A DNA stretch of 57,874 nt, filler included, from Jimgerdemannia flammicorona (GCA_003990765.1; 2 parts of 2 records of this genome joined end to end with filler, not necessarily neighbours in it); one strand, 5' to 3'; positions 1 to 13,168 are shown, numbered from the whole stretch's first letter. The notes: a model not told the origin generated them from the sequence alone. Made by a program: numbers and translations.

Positions 1-829
1 AAAAAAAAGGCACAGGAACGGGCAACATCCGGAGCAACGCCTTGCAACATTCTAAAGCGGGTTGACATTATTTCTCTCAAGAAGTCTGTTAGAACTATTT
101 TAGCATCAGGCCATCAAACCCTTTAGGAACCTGTTAGATATAATTACAGCCACCACGTTACGCACGGTATCCTGGTCCGACATCCTCTATTAAGTTTCCT
201 GCCTCTTTGTCTTGAAACACTATTAAAGCCTGAATTGAAGATTCCAATTCTGTATATACAAAGAATCAGCTTACGCTTCATGTTAGGGTATCATTACTAA
301 ATTGGTCATCTGTATCGAGATCCAATCATTGTCAGTTGGGGTGGCTGTGGGGTACAGCGAGCACATTGGCTAAAATCATTTCAGATATGGTTACTCATCG
401 ACTCGCCACTTTATTCTTGTCGAGACACCGCCACTTCTCCCCCGGCGTCGACTTAACCATCCTGCATCTCTCACACGGTCGCGGGACAAAGCATCGGACA
501 CCATCTATTGCCACTACGGCCTCTACTGGCAGACACCTCCATAGGATACTCTCGAATATATCTACAATAATCCTGTAGGAATGTACAAACTGTTATTTGA
601 CTCTTTTGATTGGCAAAGATCGTTCGTGTTACTTTATTTTATTTATTTTTAGAATTGCATTCCACACCCAAGAAATAGGATGGCAATAGCATGACGTTAA
701 TCCTGTCTATTTGAGAGAGAAAAAAATTACAATCCAAATATTACGGTTGAACATCGAAACAGCTAGAGTCAACTATTGAGGGGAAACACATACCCTGTAT
801 CCTCATCATAATTCCGTAATAAAACCGGA

Positions 830-1930
830 ATTTGCTTCACAGAGATTCTCTGAAGACCTTACTACTATCCTCTCACAATACAGAAGTCTAGTTATATCTC
901 ACCTCTCTGGTCTTTAGAACTTCAGATAGATACTTAGTTAGTCTCTCTTCTTTCTCAAGCTATCAAGCCCTCAGTCTGACAAGTAGCCAATCTACTATAC
1001 TATCCTCTGCTATCCTTAGTTCTGACTATAGTCCATTTACTTCCTTAGTTAATTTTCTACATATCTCTCCTATCAATTCTATTTTTTCTATAACTTTCAA
1101 CTATTATTACAGCTCCTTCTCCAGTCTCCTCTCTCTGTCTCTTTGTTTCTTCTCTGTTATCTCTCCAATATCTCTTCAGTAAGCTCCTATTAAATGTTAA
1201 AACTTTTCCTACCAATCTATCACTGATTATCTATCTATCTATTTAGCAATATCTACAAATTAATCTCTCTCTATCTGTCTTCTAAACAATACTACATTTA
1301 GGTACCAATGTCTTTCACTACTATTTATCTTTTAGAACTAATCTCTTACTTCTACTTTTCAGTTATTAGACCAGGAGTACTATCTCACATCAGTCACATC
1401 CAGTATATTCCCCAGTACTCAGCTACTAGTAATCAGTTAATTCTTATTCTGACCAATCTATCTCTAATAGTATATCATTGTATAAAAGGCCCAAACTCCT
1501 CTCTCCTTCATTACTGAATACTATCAACTAGTTTTATCTTCTTTTCTACCTAAAGCCATCTTGATAATTCTTGAGAGACTACTATTTCAGCTCTACTACA
1601 TATCTTAATAGTCCAACTTTCTATCTCACACTATATTAAAGTCACTCTCTATAATATTCAACTCCACCTCCTCCTAGTCTTCTCAAATTATCTATTTATC
1701 AACTTATTACTTTTACTCTCTACCAACTGCTGAAAGGTATACAGAGCCTACAATTAGTCTATTATTAGCTCTCTCTTTCAATCACTCTCAGACCAGATAT
1801 TGACTATAAGTATCTACCTCTACTAACTTATCCCTATCAATGTCAACTAAGATTCTGATCTACTTATTCTACCCTATACTTCCAAACTATTTCTTACTTT
1901 AATTCTTATAATTCTATATATTGTAGACTC
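830..1930 (+). mobile_element. Highly decayed LINE ORF2 fragment (endonuclease/linker region), tentative
   Basis: CpG-free, CTA/TAG-rich sequence. Reverting C>T/G>A changes gives endonuclease-like words (RIDxxL-like at ~925, SD[H]SP at ~1021) and an 'I..N.LRDYY..LY'-like linker at ~1560. No open frame. Confidence 0.35.
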
Positions 1931-1934
1931 TAAC

Positions 1935-2100
1935 TAGTATTTAGAATAAATCAAATTAAATTAAATTTAGACAAAATTTAATTCAATTTAAATAGTTTAA
2001 ATTAAATTGAGATCTAATTTAATTTAATTCAAATCAAATCAAGAGTTCAATTTAATTTGAAATTTAAAACTAAATATAGTAATTCCAAATATAAGTAATA
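1935..2100. mobile_element. Partial, decayed copy of the hAT-type MITE
   Basis: Starts with TAGTA and continues with the same AATTGA/TCAAAT-rich terminal array as the copy at 3350-3730. Confidence 0.5.
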
Positions 2101-2674
2101 TAACTTATAATATATATATATATACTCTCTCTTAAAGTAATTATATCAGATGTATCTTTTATACTACTATTTATATATAGAGAATACTATAATAATAGTC
2201 TCAGTATTAGATATAGCCATAATAAGTCTAGCTTCAATAAGTATAATCTCAACAAGGTCTGAGAAAGAAAAATAAAAAGTATAAGAATGATCTAGTATTT
2301 AGAAGAAGTTTATAAAGAAGTATAAGAAAAATAGAGATATCTAAATTAAATATAACTACTATAAAATATTATATAAGACTATTAGTGGCTCAACAATAAA
2401 TTTATAGATATATTTTGACAAATTTTATAAAAATAGTTAAGCAAGAGTAATAGAGTTATTATTATTTTTTTTTTTTGAAAGTATAGTTTTATATAACTTA
2501 TCTGTTTTTTTTTTCCTTTCTTATTATTAATTTATTACTACTTGATAATTCTTTAAATAGCTAAGATTCTCTATAATATTATTTTAAGACAAACTTATTC
2601 ACTAGATTATTCATAATAGTTAGTCTTTTATAGTTATTGAGAATTCAGAGCTAAAAGATCTTTTTTACCTTCTA

Positions 2675-4184
2675 TTTTTTTTTTTTTTTTTTTTTTTTTT
2701 TATTTTTTTTTAATAGATTCAATATTCCATAGATTTTTATTAGAAGAGAACCTAGACTATATAGGTCAAAACCCTTCTCTACTACTTATCAAGCACTGCT
2801 ATCTTATTAACCTAGACTAGCTATTGTCCAGTAGCTTGACTATACCAAGCACAGCAGGGTCTATGTTAGTCTGTATCTCATTCTGTGCACCATACTCTCC
2901 CTACTACCAGGGGGAACCCAGCCATATACTAATGATTAAAAGTGCATACCCAAGACCCCAATATATGTATAAGGCTATACTTGAGTCAAATAGAATAGCC
3001 TTTGCCACCTTAAAGAGAATGACAGATAAAGAAAAACTCTTATCAAAGTATATTATAGTAGGTAGAGCCTGGTTCTCTCAGTTGAGATAAGTAAAGGACT
3101 TATATATGAGATGGGAGAAGACCCCCAATACTCTACTACTCAAACCTGCAGGTCTTAATCACATTGTTATGTCAGCTCCCAGTTCCAGTTGAGTATAGCC
3201 AAGATGCCTAAAATAGGTAGTCTCAGGCCCCCTGACCCCCCCCCCAATGACCAAGGCCCAACCTGCCAAATTACCAAAAGAAGCCAAGAGTAATACCTAT
3301 CACCTAACTACTCCACACCAATCAAAAGGCCCCACTAAAGTAGCACCTATAGTACTTCCAAATGAATTGAATCAATTCAAATCAAATCAAATTGAGGGTC
3401 ATTCAAATCAAATTGAATTGGGGATTTTTCAATTCAAATTGAGTTCAAATCAAATCAAATTCAAATTGAATTGAGGGTCTGATTTGAAACCTATTTTTAG
3501 AAATGTAATAACTCGACGAATATACATCCAAATTCAATGATCTTTAGCTTATTAGAGTCCCCTATATAATAGGAATCTAAAAAGCTAAAGATCATTGAAT
3601 TTGGATATGTATTTGTCAAGTTATTTAATTTCTAAAAATAGAGTTCAAATCAGACCTCAAATTGAATTGGACCTCAATTTGAATTGATTTGAATCAAATT
3701 TGACCTCAATTTGATTTATTGGGAGCACTAAGCACCTGCCTCAGCTCTGATGACTGCCCCAGCCTGGCACCCTACTGGTTCACTGTTATTGCCCTTCTAT
3801 CTATCTGTGATAGTCATCTCCCCTCCCATCCCAACAATACTCAAAAAGCAGTCACCTATGTCAGAACCACACTTGCTGGAAAGCTCACTAAAGCCAGAGG
3901 GCCCTACTATAGATACTGAGGATCTGTAGGTAATCTATACTGAGTACTTGATGCCCAAAGTCAGCTGACTCCCTATATAGCTCATGATATACTAAGACAG
4001 CACCCTGTTGGTAATAGCAAAAGGAAGAAGACACTGCACTAAAACAGATGTACTCCAGATATAGCTGAAGGCACTAGAAACTGTAAAAAAGTAGAGAAGA
4101 CACTGATCTGATACTGATAAAGGAGCAACTCATCACCATTGTCTCCCTTCCACTATCCTGCAATAGGTACAGCAAACCAATCCA
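2675..4184 (-). mobile_element. Poly(A)-tailed non-LTR retroposon copy 1, interrupted by a MITE at 3350-3730
   Basis: Poly-T at 2675-2711, followed by the reverse complement of the element at 6245-7437. Homology resumes exactly after the MITE. Confidence 0.85.
3350..3730. mobile_element. hAT-type MITE, near-palindromic along its length
   Basis: Termini TAGTACTTCCAAAT...ATTTGGGAGCACTA. 8-bp TSD AGCACCTA (3342-3349) / AGCACCTG (3731-3738). Internal inverted repeat centred at ~3565. Confidence 0.9.
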
Positions 4185-4254
4185 AGCTGATAGCTAATAT
4201 CATATAATATCAGCTTATATATATGTCATATTAGTTTGTGACTGAGCTTATCCA

Positions 4255-4435
4255 GACTTGCAAGCACAAGACTTGCAAAGCCTGGCTTATGCAAATCTCA
4301 CTTTAATCTTATATACAAATCTTGCTTACAAATCTTGCTTTAATCTTGCTTGCAAATCTTGCTCAAACCTTGCTGCAAATCTTGCTCAAACATACTACAA
4401 ATCTTGCTTAAATGTCATTGCAAATCTTGCTCAAC
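4255..4435. repeat. Subterminal array of CAAATCTTGCT motifs (hAT left end)
   Basis: The (C)AAATCTTGCT motif recurs many times at short spacing. Confidence 0.7.
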
Positions 4436-4939
4436 ACAGAATATGCTGAATCTCCAAAGTATGTTTGCTGTTTGCAGTTGCATGATAGGTACCAGTTCAC
4501 TACCTGTACATATTTATTTATCCATCCTCTATCTACAATTGATTATTGGCTATCATATGTCACCTTACTGCTCTCTCTCTCTCACTACCCCCCAGCTCAC
4601 TGACTCCTATTCCAGGCCCCACAGTTCCTGACTTTTCTTGCCACTCACTACCTCCCCCCAACTCCCTGCCCCCTAGTTCACTGCCCCCCCAGCTCATTTC
4701 CCAGTTTGCCACTCTCTAGCTTGCCACTTCTTAGCCACTTTCCAGCTCTTGGCCTCCCACTCAAGCTTCCAGTCCCCACTATTATCAAATATTTGAAATG
4801 TCTAAAGATTAAGAAGTATATTTAGAAGAAATCTCAAAACCATCAGATAATATATCAGAGAATATATTGGAGGATATATCAGATATCTCCACTAGTTCAT
4901 TATTACTAACAAGTATGAGAATAAAAATAAAAATAAAAC

Positions 4940-7900
4940 CTGGTGATAGCTGGGTGTGGAATTATGTCACAAAGGTAGTTTTATACATTGTACTAATAGT
5001 TGTATTCATAGAGGTGATTGGTCTCATCAGTTGTAAGGGTGGGTGGTTAGTTGTAAGTGGTTGAGATTCTAATATAGTCTTATATATCTCTATTCAAATA
5101 GAATTTACAAAGTAAGCTCATCAGTTGCAACCATTATATGACTTAGAGCTATATATCAAAGGATGGCAATATCAATAATCTTAAACAACATCTCTGAAAG
5201 CATCACAATGCCATGCTCTTACCTCTCCAACGTGCTGAGAATCCTTGCTGGTCTAAGAAAGATAATATTATGAGTATGGATAGAATGGAATTTGGGAAGT
5301 ACTTAGGAGGTTATTAGAAAAATAATTCATCAAATTTTATTATTACAAATAGGAACACACTAGCAAGACTTTAAGTGATGAAAATTTCTATCAGTTAATT
5401 GCCAACTTCATTGTCACTGGATATCAGCCATTCTCCACTATCAAAAACACTGATTTCAAGTATCTTCTTCACATATTATGCCCTGATCTGACCCTTCTAT
5501 TGGCTGATATGATTTCATGAGTTATTTAAAAAGAATTCAAACTATTGCAGACTCAAGTGAAAGCAAGACTAGTAGGGCTCAAGTTGAAGGTATCACTTAT
5601 ACTTGATTGTTGGACATTAGATATTAACATCAAGGCCTTCCTTGGAATAACAGCCCATTGGATTGACAGTGATTGGAAGATGTATGACATTATCTTAGAC
5701 TTTGTGAATATTAGTGAAATAATATACATAGGTACCAATCTTGTGAAAAGTCTAGAGTTGATAATAGATGATTTATTGCCTAGTGACAATCAAATCATTG
5801 CTATTATGTATAACAATACCAGTAATAATGATACTCTGTTTGAGAATCTCCATTATCTGCTTGCTCATATATACTGTTTTGGATATGTGTTGAATCTCAT
5901 CATTCATGATGCTCTTGGTTCTCTTAGTGAGCCCATTGGAAAGCTATGAGAGTTGATAAAGAAGATCAAAAATTTAGTGCAATAATAAGTACAACTGGTA
6001 AAGGTCTGTGAATTCTCCAGAATTCCCATTTTGAAGCCTCTCTTAGATGTTACAATGAGATGGAGTTCTATATATGAAATGTTAGCACATACTCTGAAGA
6101 TTCATAAGGTAAGATTTTGAATCTATTTGTATAGATTTTGGAATACAATTCAGAAGTATTTTGGTACTAAATAAATTGATATTATATCTAAATAGGGCTT
6201 GGATATATTATGTGCCATAGATAAGCAAATGAGTGATATATCTGGCCCCTTTCTCTGCTACCCTACTAGTCACAATAGTTTGGTAGACAACCTTCCAAGT
6301 CCACTTTCCACAATTATTACCCCCTCTACCTCAGGTTGGTTTGCTGTATCTATTGCAGGATAGTGGGAGAGAGACAATAGTGATGAGTTGCCTCTTTATT
6401 GGTGTCCAATCAGTGTCTTCTCTACTTTTTCATAGTTTCTAGTACCTTTGGCTATATCTAGAGTATATCTGTTTTGGTGTGGTGCCTTTTTTCTTTTGCT
6501 GTTACCAATAAGGTATTGTCTCAGTATGTCTTAGACTACATAGGGAGTCAGCTGACCTTAGGTATCAAGTACTCAGTATAGGTTACCTGCAGGTTCTCAG
6601 TATCTGTAATGGGGCTCTCTGGCTTTGATGAGCTTCTCAGCAAGCATGGTTCTGGTATAGGTGACTGCTCTTTGGGTGTTGTCAGGATGAGAGGAGAGAT
6701 GGCTGTCACAGATAGGAAGAAGAATAATAATGGTGAACTAGTAGGGTGCCAGGCTGGGAGTGGTCATCAGGGCTAGGGTGGGTGCTGCTTCAGTGGAGCC
6801 TTTTGATTGGTGTGGTATGGTTAGGTGGTAGGTGTTACTCTCAGCTTCTTTTGGTGATTTGTGAGGTTGGGCCTTGGTCATCTGAGGGAATCAGGGGGCC
6901 TGAGGCTACCTATTTCAGGTGTCTTGACTATACTCAACTGGAACTAGGAGCTGACATAGCAATATGATCAAGGCCTGTAGGCTTGAGTAGTGGGGTATTG
7001 GGGGTCTCCTTCTGCCTTACATATAAGTCCTTTACTCACCTCAACTGGGAGAACTAGACCCTGCCCACCATATTGTACTTTGATGAGAGTTTTTCTTTAC
7101 CTATCATTCTCTTTGAGATGACAGGGGCTATTCTATTTGGCTCGGACATAACCTTGTATATATGTTGGATTCTTGGGTATATGCTTTTGATCATTGGCAT
7201 ATAGCTGGGTTTCCCCTGGTGGTAGGGAGAGTATGGTATATAGAATGAGGTGCAGACCAATATAGGCCCTACTGCATCTAATATAGTCAAGCTGCTGGAT
7301 AATAGCTAGCCTAGGTTAATAGGGGGGGCAGTGCTTGATAGGTGGTGGGAGAGAGTTTTGGCCTATATAGTCTAGGTTCCCTTTCAATAAAAATCCATGG
7401 AACATTGAGTTAAAAAAAAAAAAAAAAAAAAAAAAAATGAGCAATATATCTGAAGATACATGGCAATAATTTGAATTGATTTGCCAATTTCTCAAGCCTT
7501 TTGCCAAAGTGACAACCATGATGTCAGCTTCGAAGTATCCTACAATAGTGGCTGTTATCCCACTATTTAATTAGCTATGTAATTACCTTGAAGATATCAT
7601 TGATACATATCAAACTGGTGAACATTTTAATTAAGTATACATATATATGATTTTGAAAGTAATTTTATTTGTGAATTTAGGAACTAATTTAGTAAGTAAT
7701 TGGGAAGTAATATGTGTATATTTTTATTTTTTATAGATAATGCTTACTACTGTTAAAAATACATATACAAAACTTCTAAAGTATTATTGCAAGATAACAC
7801 TATTATATAGTATAGCTTTAGCCTTAGATTCATATATCAATATGTGTTATTTCCATCATAAGCAATGGAAAAAATCCTTAATTGATGAATAGAAGAATCA

Positions 7901-8345
7901 GATGAAATGTATCTGGGAAAAGGGGTATAAGCCTATTAATACTATCATTATATCCTCAATATCTTGTAATGCTGATGATTTTATCAACTCAATATATGAG
8001 AAGAAATAGCACATCAATGTGGATGATGAGCTTGAATAGTGGGTGTTGTTTTTATGTTTTTTGGTTAGCTTGATTAATTTTTACTCATATTTCTCTATTT
8101 CAGTTATTTGTCAGAGAATCTAGCTGATCCTCATATATGTAGATATACTGAATTGGTAGCAGTAAAATCAGTTAGTATATCCTAATCTTTTATGAATGGC
8201 TTATGATTATCTTACTATTTCAGTAATATCTATTCTATCTGAATATATTTTTTCTATTGCTGGTGAGCTAGTGACTGAATGTCAAAATAGCTTATATATA
8301 AATATAATTCATATATACATATATTTGGATTCTTGGTGATTTTTA
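4940..8345 (+). pseudogene. hAT transposase pseudogene (BED finger, DDE core, dimerization domain), intron-containing and split by a retroposon
   Basis: SWVWNY, CNH...NLKQHL.KHH (BED); SLILDCWT...FLGITAHWID; HIYCFGYVLNL; LDVTMRWSSIYEML; FLKPFAKVT; YPNL..MAYDYL...SEYIFSIAG. Many stops. Confidence 0.9.
6245..7437 (+). mobile_element. Poly(A)-tailed non-LTR retroposon copy 2 (~1.19 kb) inserted in the hAT transposase
   Basis: AATAAA at ~7386, poly-A at 7412-7437. TSD AAATGAGTGATATATCTG (6227-6244) / AAATGAGCAATATATCTG (ends 7452). Confidence 0.9.
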
Positions 8346-8499
8346 GATATTTTTCACTTTCAATTACTCTGAATATTATCCAAATATTTTCCAAATATTT
8401 TCCAAATTATTTTTTCAGAGCAGAGTTCAGAGAGTTGGGTTCAGGGTCAGGTTCAGGGGTCAGGTTCAGGTTTGGGTTAAGGGTAAATAATGGGTCAGG

Positions 8500-8720
8500 T
8501 GATATATATTTCCAGATTAGGTTAAAGATATATTATGTTTAATTCTGAGTCAGATTAAAGATAGATAATGTATCTTTCCAGATTGGGTTAAAGACAGGTG
8601 ACATACAATTCTGAGTTGGATTAAAGATGGGTGATATATAATTCCAAGTTGGGTTAAAGATGAGTGATGTATAATTCTGAGTTGGGTTAAAGATAGGTGA
8701 TGTCTAATTCCAGATTGGCT
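8500..8720. repeat. ~32-bp tandem subterminal repeat (hAT right end)
   Basis: About seven degenerate units of TTCCAGATTGGGTTAAAGATAGGTGATGTATAA. Confidence 0.8.
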
Positions 8721-8770
8721 GTTTTATGAGTCAGATTTCAGATTAATTGGGTCAGGTTTGTAGAGCACTA

Positions 8771-9350
8771 ACTATTGGTCAGAATATTTAATAGATGGAG
8801 GAGTATTGGAGTATGAGGAGTATTTTAACATTAGGTAGAAAAGTAAGATAATACAGACTCCTGAGTATTGATTAGGTGAGTGTGAGGTGATGGAAGACTT
8901 TTGGAGAGTAATTGAAAGTCTCTTGGAGGTTCATCCATTAGGACTTATAGTGAGAGAGAGGTAGAGTGATCTTCAGAAGAGACTAGTAGAAGGGGTGAGA
9001 GATAAGTAGTTAACTATTAGGTGAGTACTAGCTATTTAGGTTGAACTTATCAAATATTGACTATATATATTTGAAGATAAGTAGTAGTTAATACTTGGAT
9101 TATAGGTTACTAGATAGGAGTAGCTAATAATAGATCTTTTGAATAGCTAATAGAAGAGATAGAGATCTGAAGAGAGAACTTATAGAAGACTAGTGGAGAA
9201 AATTTATAGATAGAGTAGAGAGAGAATTAGAGTTACTAGGGAGATGATAATTTTCTAAAGAGATGAAAAAGAGAAAGAGGAGAAAGAGAGACCTCTCATA
9301 GAATTAGATAAGAAGTGGAGTTGTATTAGTATAATATAGATTAGATGATA
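8771..9350 (+). mobile_element. Decayed LINE ORF2 3' fragment
   Basis: TPE[H]xLGECEVMEDFW matches QMPEHWLGECEVLSDFW of the LINE at ~29100. Collinear with the reverse complement of 35700-36100. Confidence 0.75.
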
Positions 9351-9369
9351 ATAAAGTAGAAGTCTAAGT

Positions 9370-9501
9370 GACTTTATTAAATTTGGATATATTTTTATTA
9401 AGTTATTATATTTCTAAAAATAGGATTCAAATCAGAATTTAATTTAAATTTTATTCAAATTGAAAAATCTCCAATTTAATTCAATTTGTTTGGGAGCACT
9501 A
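9370..9501. mobile_element. Right half of the hAT-type MITE
   Basis: Ends ...TTTGTTTGGGAGCACTA, with internal similarity to 3590-3730. Confidence 0.75.
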
Positions 9502-9812
9502 CTCCTGCCTCCCACTACCATACACCAACTCTCCACTCCTGCAGCCCTTCCCTGTACTCTGCTACTGCTCTCAGTATCACTAGCTTCAGCAGCTGCTGCA
9601 AAACTCTTGGAAAGGCATAGGCCAGGCCTTCTCCTCTCCAGAGGCTCTGAGCCTGTTGTTGAAATTCAATAAAACTTGTTGTGTTAGATAGCTAAACTTC
9701 TGCCGCACCATGCACACCAGTGTTGTTGCTTTTCGCTGAAAGATGCGCGTGTGGCTTAGCTCGCTCCGTTTGGATAGGAATTTGTAGGCGTCAGTTGTAT
9801 ATATAAAGTATT

Positions 9813-9818
9813 CACGTG
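9813..9818. promoter_or_regulatory. CACGTG E-box upstream of the uL4m gene
   Basis: TCACGTGA, 76 bp upstream of ATG 9889. The same motif occurs at similar spacing before other genes. Confidence 0.5.
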
Positions 9819-9888
9819 ACCTCAGTGATGTCACGATTGTTGATTTGAGGTTCTGGTGAGGAACGCGACGGATGCCATTCCTTCCGCC

Positions 9889-11003
9889 ATGTTCACAAGG
9901 GCCCTCACAGCTCTTTGCCTAAAACCTACGGCGTCAGTACTCACGGTATGTCTTCTACTGTCTGAAAATATTCCAAGTTTATTTTGTGGTTCCCGGAGAT
10001 TTTTTTTTTGTTTCGACTGGGCTGACTAGGGGTTTGTTAGACTTGTCGGCCCTTGGTGAGCCAGCAACGGCCGTTTGCCACGACAGTTGACATTCCAGTA
10101 AAAGGTATTGTAATAATATTCCCCTATTACTCGCGCTTGGTCGATCCAACAACTTTCTGCCTGCACATTCACATTAATCGCGCTTATGATTTACTTCCCC
10201 AACTTGCTTGCCTTGCAAGCCATAACCCCGCTCCCAAGCCACATCCAAGCTTGGATTCGATCCTTCGAGACCAATGAGCTCATCGATATCGTGCTCTTGG
10301 ATCGAACGGTTTTTGGCGCTCCGCGCCGGGTCGACATCCTCCATCGTGTCGTCGTATGGCAGCGTGACAACCTGAGGCAGGGGACGGCGTCCACGAAGGG
10401 TCGGTCCGACGTTCGTGGGAGGTCGGGCAAACTGGCCCCGCAGAAGGGGCGGGGTAAAGCGAGGGTTGGCAGTGTTCGGGCGCCGCATCGTAGGGGAGGT
10501 ACGTTGATGGGATTGTCGTTTATTTCAGTGTGGGCGTGAAGGCGTGGGGATGATTGTGAAAGCGGATTGTGAATCACGATCTTAACCTGCCCCTCAACGC
10601 AGGCGGCATCGCCTTCGGCCCCAAGCCACGCGACCACTCTACGAAGCTCCCGCATAAGATGCAAGACATGGGCCTGCGGGTCGCGCTGTCGGTCAAATAC
10701 GCGCAGAACCAACTGATTGTGGTGGACAGCCTGCAGCTAGAAACGCACAAGACAAAGGACCTGCATCTGATCCTGCGCCGCAACTGGGCCATCAACAAAG
10801 ACTCTGCCAGGACCATGCTGTTCGTGACGGGAACCGAGTGCGCCGAGTATGAGAACCTGGAGCGTGCCTCGAGGACACTTCGCAGCGTTGGCCTACTCGA
10901 AGCAGGGAACGCTAATGTGCTTAGTTTACTCAAGTATGAACTCGTTGTCGTGGATAAGGAGGCCGTGAAAAAGTTGGAGAAGTTGTTGAGGGTCGGGAAC
11001 TGA
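9889..11003 (+). CDS. MRPL4: Mitochondrial ribosomal protein uL4m (YmL6-like), 4 exons (approx. 9889-9945, 10041-10104, 10220-10498, 10603-11003)
   Basis: L4 motifs RVDILHRVVVWQR, RQGTASTKGRSDVRG, QKGRGKARVGS, GGIAFGPKPRD. GT-AG introns; basic, presequence-like N-terminus. Confidence 0.93.
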
Positions 11004-11175
11004 GGGGTTTGTGGGATAAGTGTTGTACGCTTGGGCGGAGTGCTCGCTGGCGTATGGTGCAGAAATAGAATAGAAAATCAACGAAATGTGAGGTCGTTTC
11101 TTTCTGTATGTATCGAACCGATCAATATCTTTTTGGTCTTCAATGTATCAGCTTACCAAACATCCCCAAATTGAC

Positions 11176-11343
11176 GATGGGTTGGATTTAGTGATCGTAA
11201 TGTACATGACGAAGTTAATCAAAGTACGGATGGCTTGGATTTAGTGATCGTAATGTACATGACGAAGTTAATCAAAGTACGGATGGCTTGGATTTAGTGA
11301 TCGTAATGTGCATGACGAAGTTAATCAAAGTACGGATGGCTTG
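11176..11343. repeat. 53-bp tandem repeat, three near-identical copies
   Basis: GGATTTAGTGATCGTAATGTACATGACGAAGTTAATCAAAGTACGGATGGCTT starts at 11184, 11237 and 11290. Confidence 0.95.
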
Positions 11344-12588
11344 ATAGACAGGATTAGCCGTTACTAGCCAACACTGCCTAAATCATATGTCCGACTGGTG
11401 CCCCTAGGGATAGCTCCATCCAGCAAAGCCCGAAGAACGAGCTATTGATATCTCTGTCTTAACTCCACAGTGGACGCCAGAATTTAAGGAGCAGACGTTG
11501 AGACCTCCTGTTTGGTTATCGCAGGAGGCAATCACGTCCTTCTCGTAGACCCAGATGAATGTCCACTGTTCCTGTGTTCAGATTCTTGTGGCATAGATCT
11601 TGGGGAGGCGGTTCGGGTGGAGGCTTGGATGGAGGTGGGGTTGATGTGATTGACATTGTAGAGATGGATGGACGACGCTGTGCCAGCGACGAAGCAGGCT
11701 TGTTAGGCAGAAAAAAGAGAAGATTTTTATAGCATCTCAGGACGAACAGGAAAGAAGGCAAGGCGACATGGAACAATGCGAGGCAAGATGAAAAGGAGCA
11801 ATGCCTTACAAAATGATGAGGAGAAGCGCAAGGCAAGAAAAGAAAAAAAAAAAAAAAGGAGCAACACAAGGCAGGACAAAATGCAATGCTTGGCAGGACG
11901 TGTACATTGGGCCATTAGCCACAAACCATTGCACGGGTTTAAGGACGAGAGTAGTAGACACATGGCTTCCTGAAATGCATTTTGTCTGCGCGGTCATCTC
12001 GCCCGTCTCGGACAATGATGGAAGCGACGTTGGTTTCCTTGATCCGATGGAATGAAAATAGTACCTGCGTTCATCTGAGATGCAAGAATGCATGTGGTAA
12101 CGGGATTGCGTGGCCAGCTCTGAGATGCGACAACAGAGTCTGTCATCATCTCATTAACAGCCTCTCTTCAACATGCGCATTGCATCTTTTCGAGCCTCGC
12201 CTCCTATCCCGTGTTCACGTCTGTCTTGGGTTTTCTCCCATGACGAAACGATGCTTAACCTTATTGCATTGTCAGACCCTTGTCGACGCATCCGGCATTA
12301 ATTGCGCGAAGCATCTTGCACGTAGGAGACACGCTCGCCCGCTCGTGTAATGCCTACGCTGTAACATACACTAAAGAGTGTTTTTGCCTTGGTTGACATC
12401 GTTTTTTGTTCTTTAATAGATCGAGTCATTTGCGGGAAATAAACATTCTCGAGAAATGTTCATAACAACGGTGATCACGGCGGTTGGGATATCTTCCTCG
12501 AACTTCCGCCTCTCCACAAATCCATCGCTCCGACCAAATCTTATACATGTATATCTACTTGTCAAAATCACCACAACATCTATCCATC

Positions 12589-13097
12589 CTAACCCTGAGC
12601 CGCCGTGGCTTGCTTCTCTCCTTCGATGATGCCCAATCGCGCCACGTTACTCTTCGCCGCTGAATCCGCGACCTTCAACTCGAGCTTCCTTCGTTCGAGC
12701 TGCTTCAGCTCCTCGGTTTTGATGCGCAGGACACGGGCGATCTTGGACGGCGAGGAATGTTTAAGAAAAAAATTGGTTAGTTTTTGACGTATCGACACCC
12801 AAGAACCAACTTCCAAGCGACGAAAACAACGGTACCTCTTTGGTGTGGTGCAAGCACTCGAGGTAATCGTCGCGCTGCAGAAGGCACTCCTGGGGACTGT
12901 CGGCCATCGCATAACACTTGTGGAACTCCTGCCAGAAGTTGAAGCAGCGGCCACGGCCTGGGCAACGATGCGACGAGTTCGAATGCCGCGGGGGGGTTGG
13001 GGGGTGAGTTAGGGGTCAGAACGGATTGTTCGTTAACGACGAGAGTGTCAGTTTTCGGTGACTACCTACCGCCATTGTAACCGAAACCGGAAGCCAT
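12589..13097 (-). CDS. NDUFS5: NADH:ubiquinone oxidoreductase 15-kDa subunit (twin CX9C), 3 exons (13097-13070, 12957-12836, 12741-12589)
   Basis: Spliced protein MASGFGYNGGRGRCFNFWQEFHKCYAMADSPQECLLQRDDYLECLHHTKEIARV... This is the typical fungal NDUFS5/NIPM signature. Confidence 0.9.
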
Positions 13098-13168
13098 TAT
13101 GGATGTATGCGGGGTTGTGGATGTTTTGGTTTGTGCGTTGGGTCTCTGTCGTTCGTGTTATCACAAAT

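Larger units (their letters stand above)
4185..8770 (+). mobile_element. Decayed autonomous-type hAT DNA transposon (left TIR not seen)
   Basis: Transposase remnants inside. Right terminus ...TAGAGCACTA at 8761-8770 resembles the MITE terminus. Subterminal tandem arrays at both ends. Confidence 0.8.

Noticed and set aside
1..830. Possible gene fragment at the window start
   Set aside because: CpG-containing unique sequence, but no recognisable protein motif in any frame.
11176..11343. CRISPR-like array
   Set aside because: Units are contiguous and near-identical with no unique spacers, there are no cas genes, and the context is eukaryotic.
11400..12350. Cluster of short overlapping ORFs
   Set aside because: Low complexity, includes a poly-A run, and gives no coherent splice model or domain.
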